DNA from: Schmidtea polychroa
Lineage: Eukaryota
Reading direction: 5' to 3'
Assembly (NCBI GenBank): GCA_044892525.1
Contig: CM097888.1
Coordinates: 89,838,001 to 89,902,000 of the forward strand
DNA: 64,000 bases
This document shows, piece after piece, positions 10,483-23,989 of this stretch (the stretch's first letter is position 1; the number at the start of each line of letters is the position of its first letter). Both the position numbers and the translations under genes were made by a program. The notes beneath the pieces are model-generated. The model searched no databases and was not told the DNA's origin. It saw only the letters and a list, made by a program, of their open reading frames with translations.

Positions 10483-13400
10483 TCTAGAATTTTAATCAAT
10501 AGTTTATGTTTATATCATTCCCTCATATTCACAATTATTTAGTTACAACACATTCAGACAAATTTTACTCAGTCTAGAGACTTTGAAAAGAAAACGGGGA
10601 AATGCTTGAAAATTAATTCATTTGGCCTAAAATCACCATTTAATTTAAGGTGGATGGTTCCCACCTATTACTCCCTTTTGATTATTAGTAATTATGAATT
10701 CTATATCTTTACTTTTCGAGAAAATAATAATTGAACAATCCAACTCTTAGCATCGTGGATAGTTGATTTGGGTATGCCCCCTGTTGTAGGGTTAGAAAAT
10801 CAGTAGCATTTATATTTATTTGGGTGGAATCAGTCCTGATGAATGAAAATATTGCGAACTATATTAATATATTTAAGAATTAAAATATAATATTTTCCAA
10901 AAACGCGCCATGCTCGTTGTCGTGGTGACACCTACGCGTGTGTGTTTGTATGTCGCGTTTCGTCTCTACGACGCGGCTTATCATGCTTACTGGATCAGTC
11001 TAGACTCTAGACTCATGCCCTTCAAGCAAATTCATCTATCCACTCTCTCGCCCTTACACACCGTTCTACTATACTGAGCAATTCCGATTACGCAATGATG
11101 ACGTCACAATGTAATTTAACATCCAGATTGATTATCATCCTACTGAGATGCATTCTATTTTAAGGCGTGATAATGTGTGAATTTCCGAGACACAGTCGAT
11201 TTAGATTTCTATTAGAAGTTTGATGAGTAACAACATTCTAGATGGTAGACGACCAATTCGGGGAATAATGGGTGAACTGGTGTTGGCAACCTAAGTTTTA
11301 TCGTGCGGACGACTCAAGATAATCACTCGTCAGTGCATCAAGTGAATAAGTCAGTACGGAAATTGGTATCTTATCATTCCTACCAGATTCCCGTCGGTCG
11401 TTTAATTCTATTAGCCACAGTCTGACTGAAATTCATTTATCAATTATCTGACAACCTCGACCGCGGCTTCCCAATGCAATTAACAATTTGCCGATAACAC
11501 TGTCAGTAGTTGCCCACATCTCTATCGTCGATAGTCAGATAATTGCTCATAATTTATTTACCTTATTTGCAGAAAACGGTACTTATCAGCAATCCGAATG
11601 TCAACAATCAAGGCTAAAAGTACATCCCCTATGGATTTCATCGCTAACGTGCTGGCGATCCAAATCAGACGATATCTTATGAATTTACTATGCTGCAGAA
11701 AAACAGTTGGATTTAATCGCAAACGGTGATCATCGAGATTCTTTCTTAGCTACTCTGATCGTCAGGCTGATTTTCCTGAAAGATTCTCCTCAATCTATGT
11801 GAAGTTTCGTTGGATCTAGCTAAATACTTATATCGATCTAATCCGGATTAACCTCTGTTGGTAATTCAAGCTTCCTATACGAATATCAGAAATCTCGATA
11901 CAAAAGAACGAAATGATAGAATATCCTCCTAACGATCGCGCTGAGTGAAGGCAAATTTTTACTCCGCAACTGGATTTTTCATCTACCGAGTCTCATCACC
12001 CCTCATGACACACCCAAGAAGGCATTCATTTCTGCCGCCATTCTTGCACCGTCATGAGGGACCAATCAACTCCTTTACATTCAAAAATTTAACGTTCGTA
12101 TATAAATATAATAATGATAGAATAAATGATGAGCAAAATAAACAAATCGAAATATCCGGCGACCATATCGTCTGGGCTCCAAGTATGATGCTTTTCCCTT
12201 TTTCGATCATATAGTCAATTTCAGCATTAGCAAACATCTTATTGATTATTATCACCTTCTCCAGTTCCAATATCTTCGCAACATCTCCTAGATGCGTGTC
12301 ATAAAAACTCCTCGTGGCTACTTCCTCCATTTGGCATCATACTTGAAATCACCAGGGGGTATAGTCGTCGGCACCATGAAGAAAGGCAGTTTTTATTTTC
12401 AAATAAATTTATTAAATGAAATTATTCTTATTATTTACAAAAAATTTATTAAAGTCAATCATAAATATCTATTAAATTCAATCATATAAAACTAATCCAT
12501 AAATAACTTAACATACTTCGAGGTTTGAAAAACTGGAGTTAATCGGTTAACGCGAAGGTTTTCGTGAGTAAGTTTACTGAGCTTCTTCCTAAAATCGATT
12601 TGGTTGTTTTTGAAATTAGTCCTTCGTAGTAGTTCGTAAGTCAAGTTCTGTAATCGTGAAAATTAAAGTGGTTCCTGAATGTCGTCCTGTAGAGTTTGGT
12701 TAAAAGTGGTGGTGAACAAATTAACAAATTTTACCTGTAGAGTTTGGTTAAAAGTGGTACTCTACTAATTTTTCGCGTTTCTTATATACTATTTTTCGTC
12801 CAATCAGGACTCAGTTAGGTTGTAATTTTTAATATTTATTATTATTTTATGTTTTTATTATAATATATTAGCTTTTAATAACTTAACTTATTTGTTATTA
12901 TTATTTTATTTATTTTCTTATTTTTCTTATTTTTCTCCTATTTTTTCTGCGGGTTCACTGCTACTTTATCGTAATACAATTTTTTGTTTTAAATAAACTT
13001 AAAGATATTTTTATTTTTTATTTATTGTTTTAATTTCTCGTTTATTTTCTCTCGCTTTTTTGCTTATTCTATTTCTACTTTATCTATTGTGCTTTAACTC
13101 ATATCTCTTATGTCCTATTTCTAATTCTTAAGGGTTTTATTTATTTATTACTTATTCTTATTTCTTTTTATGGGTATTTTATTGTTTCCTTATTTACTAT
13201 TGAGGTTTGATGGTAATTTATTTTTTATTATATTTCGTTTATTTTTTTGAGGTTCGTTTCCCGATTCAGCCCAGTTTTTCTCTACTTCAAAATTTAGCCC
13301 AACAAATAAATGAAAATATCATATTTATCTTTTAGATTTTTTTTAATTCAATAATTTTCATATTAATATTTGTAAGACATTAATTCAAAATAATATAATA

Positions 13401-13895
13401 TATAATGATTTATACACACAGCATTTTTCAAGGAAATACACACATGATAAAGGCTGTGTTGAAATATTGATTATTTTATGTATTGTTTTGATCAACTCTT
13501 ACAAATATTAATATGGAAATTATAGAAATGAAACTATTTAGTGATAAAATATAAATTAATTGTCATAATTAGTCTAAGTAAAGAGAAAATATTCTAACTC
13601 ATTATGTAATATCAGTCTAGCAAATATGGTGTACAGCACGAATTCTGATGGCTTTATACTTGCCATTTACTAGAAATATCTCAATTCGGTTCCTGCCAGA
13701 TATATGGCTACTACACGCTTTGTGAGGCTTCAAGATGAAAAGGTAACAAAAAGGTAAAACTAACACATTGACCAAAGTTAAACAAGAATTAATTGTATCA
13801 TTAACAAAATTAATTAATAAAATGAATGGCCTTGTAATTTAGTTACTTAGAATAGTAATTATTTCAAAACGTCATCATAATTTTCTGAAATTGAA

Positions 13896-13939
<44 letters not shown>

Positions 13940-13946
13940 TAATAAT
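13896..13946. repeat. (AAT)n microsatellite
   Basis: AAT run with a degenerate end. Confidence 0.95.
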
Positions 13947-14169
13947 GATGATGTAAGTGTTGTTTCATCAAATAATCGTAAAAATATATGAGCTGTTAAA
14001 AAATATCAAGTTTTAGAAACGCGGTCAAAATAGTGTTTCCTTGATGTCTAATTTCTTTGTTAAACTTTTCGGATATAGAGATTTCATAGAAAGTTTACAA
14101 AACATAGACGAAAAATATAATTCCAGATGTACTATTAAATGTACCAAACACTTTTCTTAATGTCTTAAT

Positions 14170-14304
14170 GAATATTGGGCCGGGTAGGCCCACAGGAATA
14201 TTGGGTCGGTAGGCCCTCAGGAATATTGGGCCGGGAAGGCCCACAGGAATATTGGGCCGGGAAGGCCCACAGGAATATTGGGGCGGGTAGGCCCACAGGA
14301 ATAT
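14170..14304. repeat. Tandem array of five 25-26-bp units, each with a GC hairpin
   Basis: Unit GAATATTGGGCCGGGAAGGCCCACAG; TGGGCC and GGCCCA are inverted complements. Confidence 0.9.
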
Positions 14305-14820
14305 AGTTTGAAAAGATATAAAGATAAAAGAAAGTGAAAAAGAATTATCAAATATCAAAGCTGTTTTTATTTTCAAATTAAATTCTAATAAGTAATAAAA
14401 AATGCAATTCAATTAATAATATTTTATTTTTTTAATTCCTTTTGATGAAATATTCAGATGAAATTCTCCTCTCAACTCGCTACCAAACGGAAAATCCAGA
14501 ATTTTATAAAAATAATTTCCTAAATCAACAATTCAATTTAGGCTATCAGAATTGCATCTTAGAGAGATTAATTCATTATTAATAAAAAATTCCTCAGAAA
14601 TCACAAAATCCGCAATAATTTCTTATTTGTTCGAATACCGGATCAAGAGTTCGTTAGGTAAATTTGGTGACTTTTTATTTGGTTTTTGATAAGTTCATAA
14701 TTTTCCCTAATTTTAGCAACATATTTTTGGGTCCCATTCGACAGTAGGCAGGTAATTATCTATAAATTATCCTCTTATCAATACGCCATTGACTATTCAC
14801 AACTATCGAAAGATATATTG

Positions 14821-15178
14821 AAATCGCCATTCGTACATCTTTTTCACTCTATGTTTCGATAGCATCACAATCATCATCATCAGGATACCTACATTTACAT
14901 CGGATTTAGTTATGTTAAATAATTAAAAAAAATAATTAAAATAATATTTTTTAAATAATTTTTAAAAGTTTAAATATAATTGATTATTGAAAATTATTTT
15001 TAAAAAAATAATTGTTTAAAAATTTTTATTTATAATTTAAAATTTATAGATTTTATAATTTATTTATATATTATCAATATAATATAGTTATTCATCCCTG
15101 GTGAATGTAGGTAACCTGATGATGATGATTGTGATGCTATCGAAATATATAGTGAAAAAGATGTACGAATGGCGATTT
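14821..15178. repeat. Inverted repeat (about 77-bp arms, AT-rich spacer) made of two head-to-head hammerhead-like motifs; Penelope pLTR-like
   Basis: 14821-14897 is the near reverse complement of 15102-15178. The plus arm reads CTGATGA-T-GAT...ATC-GAAA-TATATA-GTG (15116-15154); the minus arm has a degenerate cleavage site. Confidence 0.75.
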
Positions 15179-15429
15179 TTATTAATAAAATCTTTACCGT
15201 GTTTATTTAAGATATATTGAAAATTTATTGATATTACAATTAAAATTGATTGGACATTTAATATGCCGCATGATTGGTTTAAATTAAATTAATAAAATAT
15301 AAAAATATATAAAAATTTATTGTAACAAATTTTTAAAATAAGATTTAAAAAACAAAAATATCACTGAGTTTGGTTTGTGATTTAGTTATTATTGTAATTT
15401 GTTTTGTTTTAATATTCAAATATATCAAA

Positions 15430-16050
15430 TAATGATTACAATATGGCGTCAAGATAACGAATATTGGATTTATCAAATCTAGAATCGGTAACTGTTTGGG
15501 TAATTCCACTCAAGACTCAGGCGCGCATAATACAAAGTCAGAGGTCACCTCGACTCGACAAGAAATGGGAGAAACTTTTATCCCAACTCGTTGAATTTCA
15601 GAATTAAAGAAAATTATATCAAATGTTTCTCAAACATCATTCAAGGAGAAAGTGAAGAGATCATCAAATATTAAGGACCTCACAGAAAGCTCATTCATTG
15701 CTAAGCGTACCAACTTATATAGGAAAAAATAAAAACTTAAAAAATGACTACAGAATTTGTGGCTCGTCTATGACAATATGGTAAAGAAATGATTAAAATG
15801 TCAACGATTGCTGGTATGTATGAAAATATCTTCAAGGTCAATTATTAGAATAATCCTAATCCAATGAAATCACTACTCAATAATTGATTGAATTTCTCCA
15901 CCAATTAGAACAAGTTTCAGCCTTGACCTCATTCAATAGCAATGATAATATATCGTTGGTTTACAAACAAAATTCACTAAGTACATTTTCCAAGATTTTG
16001 ATTTTTTGTACTAAATTAAATCATTATAATGCCAACTTTATATGGGCAAA
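15430..16050 (+). mobile_element. Heavily decayed LTR-retrotransposon gag-like remnant
   Basis: Fragments such as WEKLLSQLVEF, TEFVARL*QYG and FCTKLNH; many stops. Confidence 0.25.
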
Positions 16051-17666
16051 ATCTTATAAGTCGTAAATTGATATTGTTGAGGTTTTTAGGCGGACATTTA
16101 TTGCACTAAGTCAATCGTGCTATTATAATACAATCAGAAATTCCTAAGTTGATTTTTGACTTAGTGATTTCTGCTTTTAAACCGACGATATATCAAATGA
16201 AATTCATCATATTCATTAGAAATTCGATGCATTCAATGAAACCGTTTAATATACCACCTATACCAACTTGGTCTCAACATCTAAATCCAAATCATGGTCA
16301 AGGGCCAAGGTTGAATATTACATTACCACCGTGCAAATAAATACAATTATATTATTGATAAACATGATTATGTTGATATCTATTCTATTTCTGATCACAT
16401 AATCAGTACAAATGTAGGAGAGATCTTAGTAATCTTAGATAAAAACGAGTTCAATGGTTAAATGCAAAAGCAACTACTATCCGTCATAGAGAAGATCATG
16501 ATGAGGACTAACAAAATGAGTTACATTCCCAAGAAGAACCTATAAAAAAAAATATTGGGCTGGCTGCCCGTGGATTTATTAGCTGTGGCCGTTAAGTGAA
16601 AATTTGGTTTGGACTTATTTTTACTGAAACTCAACAGCAATTAAAAAACTTTGTTTTCTTTAGTTTTTTACATTTTCCCTTTTCTCCTGATTTTGCGCTT
16701 CTTGGTAAAAGGACATTCTGAACATATATGACCATTAACTTCTTGGGATACAAAAGTTGCTTTCCTTTAGTTGTAACTTTCGAAACTCATTTGAAGGTGT
16801 TTACGACGATGAGGCTGCCACCAAGCTACAGAAATTGCAGGTATGGATATTGGAACGTTGACAATGCAAAACATTTCACCAGAAAAATTCACATAAATGA
16901 AGTTTTAAAGAATCCGAAAGGAAAAAAAATTAAAATAAATATAAATTTTATAATAGATTTTTTTCATAAAAATTATTATTTGTTTTAATGCAATGAATTA
17001 AAATGTTATAATTTGTAACTAAAATGAATCGGGATTGTTTTGTTGAAATAAATGCTTTTTGTAAGAAATAATTAATATATTTTATCACTCATCTCTCGAG
17101 GGGTCCCCAATTTTCATTCCGTGCCGGCTTCCTTCATGGCCTCTACTATTTATAATTATTATTGTCATTTAAATATCTAACTAAACTTGCATGATTCTAA
17201 TATAAATAATTTTATTTGCTCCCAAACTAAATAGTTTCGTCAGTAAGCAAATGGCAATTCTTCGACATTTTCAATAGTAAGAGTAAAAATGGGGAAATAT
17301 TATTTGTTTGAATGACAAAAATTGATGCATTATTCCAGTTGAGTTCTCATTGACAAATGATTCAATTGACTCTCTTCATCTAGGTAATGAATCAAATGAT
17401 TGATGGTCTCAATAAATGGGTCGAGGGGGAGGGGAGGGAGGGAGGTTGACGCATCGCGTTCCTCACTGTGACATTTCTACTTACCAATCTTTCCATTAAC
17501 TTTCCATTACATTTCTTACATAATGTCATTGTGACATTTCTGGAGCTTTGAAAGGTCTTAGGATAGAATCGCCTTCGTTACATAATATGCCATTAATATG
17601 CAAGAATAGCGTTAAAATTAGAAATATAAGAATTTTCTAAAGTAGCAATTATGGAAAAAGCATTAA

Positions 17667-17753
<87 letters not shown>
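17667..17753. repeat. (AAT)n microsatellite
   Basis: Perfect AAT run; explains the poly-Ile ORF. Confidence 0.97.
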
Positions 17754-17758
<5 letters not shown>

Positions 17759-18463
17759 GTAAATGATAATAATAATAATAAATGTCAAAATTTAAAAATG
17801 AAATATATAAATGGTTGTATAGATAGTCAAATGAAAAATATGAAAATGATGTCATTTCCCAATATCTCATTCAGGGAAAGAATAATTATATAAAATATTA
17901 GATTGGATTAACTCTATTGAAACTATTTCTCCATGGAAATGCGAATAATTTCCTTCATAATTGCAAATTCAAATGGGATAATTTTTATAAGGAAATTTAG
18001 TTTTTACCTATTTCAGTTTTGATAAAAATGTGAATTAGCCGCAATGGCTCTGTAAGGAGATTTCAATTGTTATATGGCGAGATAATCGTCAGGCACTGAA
18101 GCATTCCCAGTTTGGCCTCAATGACATTCGAGACAGTTGTAAAATTTCCTTAAGAAATGAAATTTTCAAAATTGAATGCTAGATAATATTTGTAGCAATT
18201 AAATTTGTATATTTGACAATTGGATCTTCATTAACGTAGTTGCGGGCCTGAGACCTTTCCCTGACCCATTCCAATCCTATCGGCTTTTATAGGATGACTG
18301 GATTTGTTTGGTGAATATAAAGGTAACCATAGGGTTTCATCTACCCTTATCACCGGTTACGTTTTACTTGAAATAAAAAATATTAAGTGAAAAAAAAATC
18401 CAATAAGAGCGGAAGAGAGAAGGAGAAAGATTTGTTAAATTCTATATTGGAATGAGCAGGACC

Positions 18464-18748
18464 NNNNNNNNNNNNNNNNNNNNNNNNNNNNNNNNNNNNN
18501 NNNNNNNNNNNNNNNNNNNNNNNNNNNNNNNNNNNNNNNNNNNNNNNNNNNNNNNNNNNNNNNNNNNNNNNNNNNNNNNNNNNNNNNNNNNNNNNNNNNN
18601 NNNNNNNNNNNNNNNNNNNNNNNNNNNNNNNNNNNNNNNNNNNNNNNNNNNNNNNNNNNNNNNNNNNNNNNNNNNNNNNNNNNNNNNNNNNNNNNNNNNN
18701 NNNNNNNNNNNNNNNNNNNNNNNNNNNNNNNNNNNNNNNNNNNNNNNN
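18464..18748. other. Assembly gap (285 N)
   Basis: Run of N. Confidence 1.
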
Positions 18749-19248
18749 CTGACAATATACAAAGAAATTAAAAAAATAAGAATAAATTAAAAAGTAATAA
18801 TTAGAATAATATAGAAAAAAAATTTTAAAAAATAGGGTTTGAAAATCAAAATTGACACATTTATTGAAATATTTAAATAGCATATATAAGTAGTTATTGG
18901 AGGCTTTATTTAAAATATTTTCAAATATTTTATTAGGCTTCTAGAAGCTAATTATAGAAGCTGTAAAAAATTTAAAAATTTTAGTTTGTGTCATTTTGAA
19001 ATTTTAAATGTAAAAATTATAAAAAAATTTTAAAAGTTTTTAGTAAAACAATTCATTATATTTACAACCAATGAGAATTAAGAGAAAGGAAATAAAAGAA
19101 AGATTGAAGGGTATTTTGAAGAAGAACATTGCTAAATTCCAGGAGATTGACAAGGACTATCGTATAGTCGAAAATTCTTTCATTAAATACATTATTTGCA
19201 GCAAAAGGCTTAAATTATCATTTTATTGTTTTAAATAATAAATGCTGC

Positions 19249-19413
19249 NNNNNNNNNNNNNNNNNNNNNNNNNNNNNNNNNNNNNNNNNNNNNNNNNNNN
19301 NNNNNNNNNNNNNNNNNNNNNNNNNNNNNNNNNNNNNNNNNNNNNNNNNNNNNNNNNNNNNNNNNNNNNNNNNNNNNNNNNNNNNNNNNNNNNNNNNNNN
19401 NNNNNNNNNNNNN
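19249..19413. other. Assembly gap (165 N)
   Basis: Run of N. Confidence 1.
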
Positions 19414-21039
19414 CTTTTTTTAAATTACATAATTGGAGAAAATTGTTAATTTATAATAAAATAACCACTTCTTGATTTATGTCCAAAGGAAGCCATTAAA
19501 AGACATCAAAAGACAGGAAAGTATTCATTAGGGAGTCCGTCGATCACCGAGGAATAAAGATTCAACATTATTGCATATATAAGATTCTAATTGAGGATGA
19601 GATAAATATAGATAAGGGAAACATACATTTCTCCTTCATATTTCAACAAAAGTTGAGATTTATGTGAAATCTAAGGGAAATGGAATTCATTCATCTGCTG
19701 GATATAGTAGCAGATTTGATCAACCCCCCCTGTCAATATTCTGTGACCCCTACAGTTATGTTTGCCTCAACATCATTAATTATTTCTATATGCCCGATAT
19801 CCAGATTGAATTCAAAGAAAATATATAATGAAAATGTCATTGTAAGTTTTGTTTTCTATTGTAGAATGATAATTACAAATCATTCCGAGTTTTCATTCCG
19901 TATAAAAGTACCGAAATATATTCCGCAATTTCTTATTGAATTACTAAATAATTTCTCGCCATTTAATTGCTCGGTTTAAACTGTTTAACTTTACTTTTCT
20001 CAGGTTTTTAGTTCTAGCGAGTTTTAAGATACCAAACGGGCGTAATAGGCATATTTGAAACACAAGAATACACTATTTATGTATCCAATTTGCTATAAGC
20101 AGGCAAATGTGCATAATACTCGAGACATATAGGTTATGCCGGATTTACCGATTAGCAGTGAGGTGCTTTCCTCCGGACTGCCAATGGCTAAATCCGAGCA
20201 CGCATGCACACACATGTATGACACAAAGTGCATTATACACACATGCATGACACACACTTGCAGCTTAGTGGCATGTTGTCAAAGTGCGGACAATTTATCA
20301 AAAACGAATATTAATTGTGGATCAAGTTTTTTTTTCAACTTTCATTCTCGATACTATCACTAAATGCCTTCTTTCTCCAGAAATAGTTTCCATTAGAAAT
20401 ACATAATCGAGCTCCAGCAGTTAGTTTCCTCCATTGGTTCGCCTCCATTACGATGCTCTTAGTTCATATCACCATTTTCTTTCGATTTTTTTCTTTGAAT
20501 AAATATAATCTGGTTCCTTGACCGGTTGCTTTTAATCCCAGAACTTCCATATATGCTTTGAGCTGTCTCAGTTGAAAGGTTTCTACAGACTTGTGAAAGA
20601 GATGGGAAAGGTACGTGTTAATACTGATAGAATAAGGTCAAGAATTTCAGATTATATGATTGGTTAAAATATTAAAAAAAAGATTTCAATACAATTTTTC
20701 AACAAATCTAAAGAAAAATGTGAATTTTTTTTATTCTCATTTCTTCATTTTTATTATTGAGTAAAATGAAATTCTGTTGGAAGATTTTATCAAGACAATT
20801 AAGAAAGGAAGCAATCAAATTTTAGATTCCAAGGAAAATTGTTTCGAAATCTAGCTGAAATTTTGCGTTGATAAATAAATAAATTTCAATCAAAATTTTT
20901 CTTTGGTCATTGGAAATAAATGAAAATTTGATAAATAATTTATTGTGAATTTATTATAATATTCACTCTCTCATTTCCCCATTTCCCCATTTCACGAGAC
21001 CCAAATATTTATTGGATTATTTTTTTATATTTTAAGCAC

Positions 21040-21350
21040 TACCAACTGGCTGGTTTCGGGGTACCCTGAGTGTTATTGTAACTGATATTTACTAGATCTT
21101 TAAATCTGGAACCTTGAATATGTTGAGGACACCTAAATAGCAAATCATATAATAAATAAACTTGTACGATCTATGGTGAATATTAATAAAGGTTTATCTT
21201 GTTCTGGATTGTTAATTTGGGAATTAATAAAACACGCTTTAGAGTCAGAATGAAAATTTCAAATATTTCAAGGCTAGTTGTTTTAATTTATTGAGAATAC
21301 CCATATACGCCTCAGAGGAATATTGCAGTCGAAATGATAACAAAGTAACA
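21040..21350 (+). mobile_element. Decayed retrotransposon integrase-like remnant
   Basis: WFRGTLSVIVTD...IFKS resembles the integrase W-x-x-FG-x-P-x-x-IVTD-x-G-x-x-F-x-S motif; many stops. Confidence 0.3.
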
Positions 21351-22360
21351 GTCAGGTTAATAATTATTTATCATGCCAGCTTTAACCTGTGAAAAAATCA
21401 ATTAATATACAAACAGAATTTATAAAAGCAGTTGTCATGAGAATGTTGATTTACAACTTGGTTATACCCATATACACCAAACACCACTGAGATACGTTCT
21501 CTATAGTGGTGGTTGGCGTGTAAAGCTATTCACTCACCAATATTCATTACAACTAGAGATCAGATTATTTTTTACTACAGATTTGTTATCGCATTGTTAG
21601 ATTTTGTTTTTTCCTATACTTCTTGATAACCTTTTGTTGTATAACCCCTATTCTTCTTATTATGAATAGTTATGAATATTCAAATTTATTTAAAATCGAT
21701 ATCGGGCATTATACAATTATACATATTTTTTGATTAATTTTTTTTTATCTTGGGTTTTTCCAACATTGTTTGAGCACATCCATTAAAAATGTGTTTAAAT
21801 TACTTGCCAACCCTTACGGACGCTCATGTTTGTTAACCAATCTTAGATTAATTATTATAATAAATTAATTTCTTCATAGTGACTGTTTTTGTCGATCTTG
21901 GTTCACCTTTTCTTGTTTATAATAAATCATTTTATAAATTGATTTTCTAAAGATGTGGCGCAAAGTACACGCTGGAAATGCCTAGAGCTTTCCGTATTCG
22001 ACTCAATGAACACATTAAATACAAAATCAGCAATTACTGTCAACAATGAGAAATAGAACATAAAATGGCCTCATACATTTACAAGACTAAATTCCAATGA
22101 AATTCCCTTACAAAGCTAGCGATAAAATTGCGATTTTTTCTTTTCATTTCAAGCCTCCGCAATTTCTGATGAATTATTATTTTAATTTTGATGATCTTGC
22201 ATAGGGTACCTATTTGGATGAACTTAGCAACTGTTATTGCATGAAATTTCTATGAATAAATTTAATTTATTTTTCATTTTCAGATGTGTTAAAGCTTGGT
22301 CAGACCAAGTACTACATCTCACTCCCATTGTATGACCCCTCTAACACCATATAGCCTATT

Positions 22361-23989
22361 ATGAATCAAACCTTAAATTCAGGATTAGTTGATTCACCAA
22401 TGTCGTTTTTTGAAACCTCCGTTATTCTATTCTTTTCAATAATTTTGAGCATCGTAACTATTGGAGGAAATTTGTTAGTGTTGTGTTCCTTTTATTTGGA
22501 GCCTGGTTTGAGGGTCTCGTCCAATTACTTCATTGCTTCTTTGGCAGTTACAGACTTATTAATTGGATTGTTTTCGATGAACCTTTATACCGTCTATATC
22601 GTTCTTAAATCGTGGCCACTAAGTCAACTCATGTGTGATTTGTGGCTGTCAATGGACTATACGGCCTGCCTGACCTCCCAATATACGGTATTCCTGATTA
22701 CAGTTGACCGATTTTGCTCCATCAAGATGCCAATGCGATACAATAAATGGAGAAGTGATCGGATTATATTTTTCATGATATTTTTAACGTGGTTCATTCC
22801 GTCTGTTATGTTCTATTCAATTATAATGAGTTGGCCTTACGTTGTTGGCCGGCAAAGAGGTACAAATGAATGCTATGCAGAATTCTCAATTAAACCTGTC
22901 TTTATTACTATTCTTACAGTCTGTTACTTTTGGATAACTCTCGTCGTTATGATCGGGCTTTACATTGGAATATATCAAGTTGCTCTGACTCTCCAAAGAA
23001 GATCTGACGCAAGAAAAGCAAAAGTTAATAAATATTTTCTTCTATCTTTGACAAATCGGCAAACGAATCAAATAATCAAAAATGAGAAAGAAATTGGGTC
23101 GGATTCGAGCAAGGATGATGAAATTGATACAAGTTCATGCAAAACTAATGACTACGACTCGGAGAGTTTGAGGCATTCTCATTCAAGCTGCTTCATTTTA
23201 TACTCGGGCCAACTTCCAAATATCGAATCCCCTCTTTTATGTGAAGATAATCCCAAACACTCTAGAAACAATTCTCCAGTTTATCAGTGCAATAATTTCC
23301 TTAGCCGAACAATTTCATTCCAAACTCAGGTGAAGTATGGATCTGAGGAGATTCATCATCATTGTCATTGTAACATTCATCACAACAACTCGACCTTATT
23401 TTGTCTTCATCACAACAATTGTACCAAAATACCTGGTTACCAATTCATTGACGTGGAAAACCTCAAGTCTTCATTTAACATAAATTTAACGGACCTTGAA
23501 AATTCAGGAAAAACTCTAAAACTTTGCTCCTCACCGATTTGGAAGCAGCAGCATCCAGTGGAATCGAATTGCAAAAATGACACCAAATATCTCTCCAATG
23601 AAATAGATGATAAAGCAACCTCTTTTACTTTGAAGTCGCCATTGCAAAAGGTTGCGAAAAAGTTCTATGGAGCTCTGCAGAAAACGAAAGGGGTGCAAAG
23701 TACGATTACTCAAAATCGAAATCGTGCTAAAAAAGCTCTGAAAACGATCAGTTTTATTTTGGGAGCTTTTATAATTTGCTGGACCCCTTTTCATGTGGTC
23801 ATCCTTATCAAGGCTGCTTGTGATGATCACTCTTTGAACCGTTCATGCATGAATGAGCACATTTATCGTCTTGCTTATTGGTTGTGCTATATTAACAGTC
23901 CTATCAATCCATTTTGCTATGCTTTGGCAAACACTCAAATTAAAGAAGCATTTTTTAGAATTCTTTCTTGTAAAAAGCACCAAAGATAA
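22361..23989 (+). CDS. Muscarinic acetylcholine receptor, invertebrate type-B / GAR-1/GAR-2-like class A GPCR (542 aa, single coding exon)
   Basis: 7TM signatures: GNLLV, NYFIASLAVTDL, CDLWLSMDYTACLTSQYTVFLITVDRFCS (D3.32; type-B-like TM3), long ICL3, KALKTISFILGAFIICWTPFHV, YWLCYINSPINPFCYALAN. In-frame TAG just upstream of the ATG; splice acceptor TTTCAG at 22283 (5'UTR intron). Confidence 0.9.
   Translation: MNQTLNSGLVDSPMSFFETSVILFFSIILSIVTIGGNLLVLCSFYLEPGLRVSSNYFIASLAVTDLLIGLFSMNLYTVYIVLKSWPLSQLMCDLWLSMDYTACLTSQYTVFLITVDRFCSIKMPMRYNKWRSDRIIFFMIFLTWFIPSVMFYSIIMSWPYVVGRQRGTNECYAEFSIKPVFITILTVCYFWITLVVMIGLYIGIYQVALTLQRRSDARKAKVNKYFLLSLTNRQTNQIIKNEKEIGSDSSKDDEIDTSSCKTNDYDSESLRHSHSSCFILYSGQLPNIESPLLCEDNPKHSRNNSPVYQCNNFLSRTISFQTQVKYGSEEIHHHCHCNIHHNNSTLFCLHHNNCTKIPGYQFIDVENLKSSFNINLTDLENSGKTLKLCSSPIWKQQHPVESNCKNDTKYLSNEIDDKATSFTLKSPLQKVAKKFYGALQKTKGVQSTITQNRNRAKKALKTISFILGAFIICWTPFHVVILIKAACDDHSLNRSCMNEHIYRLAYWLCYINSPINPFCYALANTQIKEAFFRILSCKKHQR

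Noticed and set aside
16700-16900. Possible BED-finger or hAT remnant (CNFC...)
   Set aside because: Only a CxxC with stops around it; no further motif support.
7053-19475. ORFs containing X runs or poly-Ile
   Set aside because: Artefacts of N gaps and (AAT)n microsatellites.
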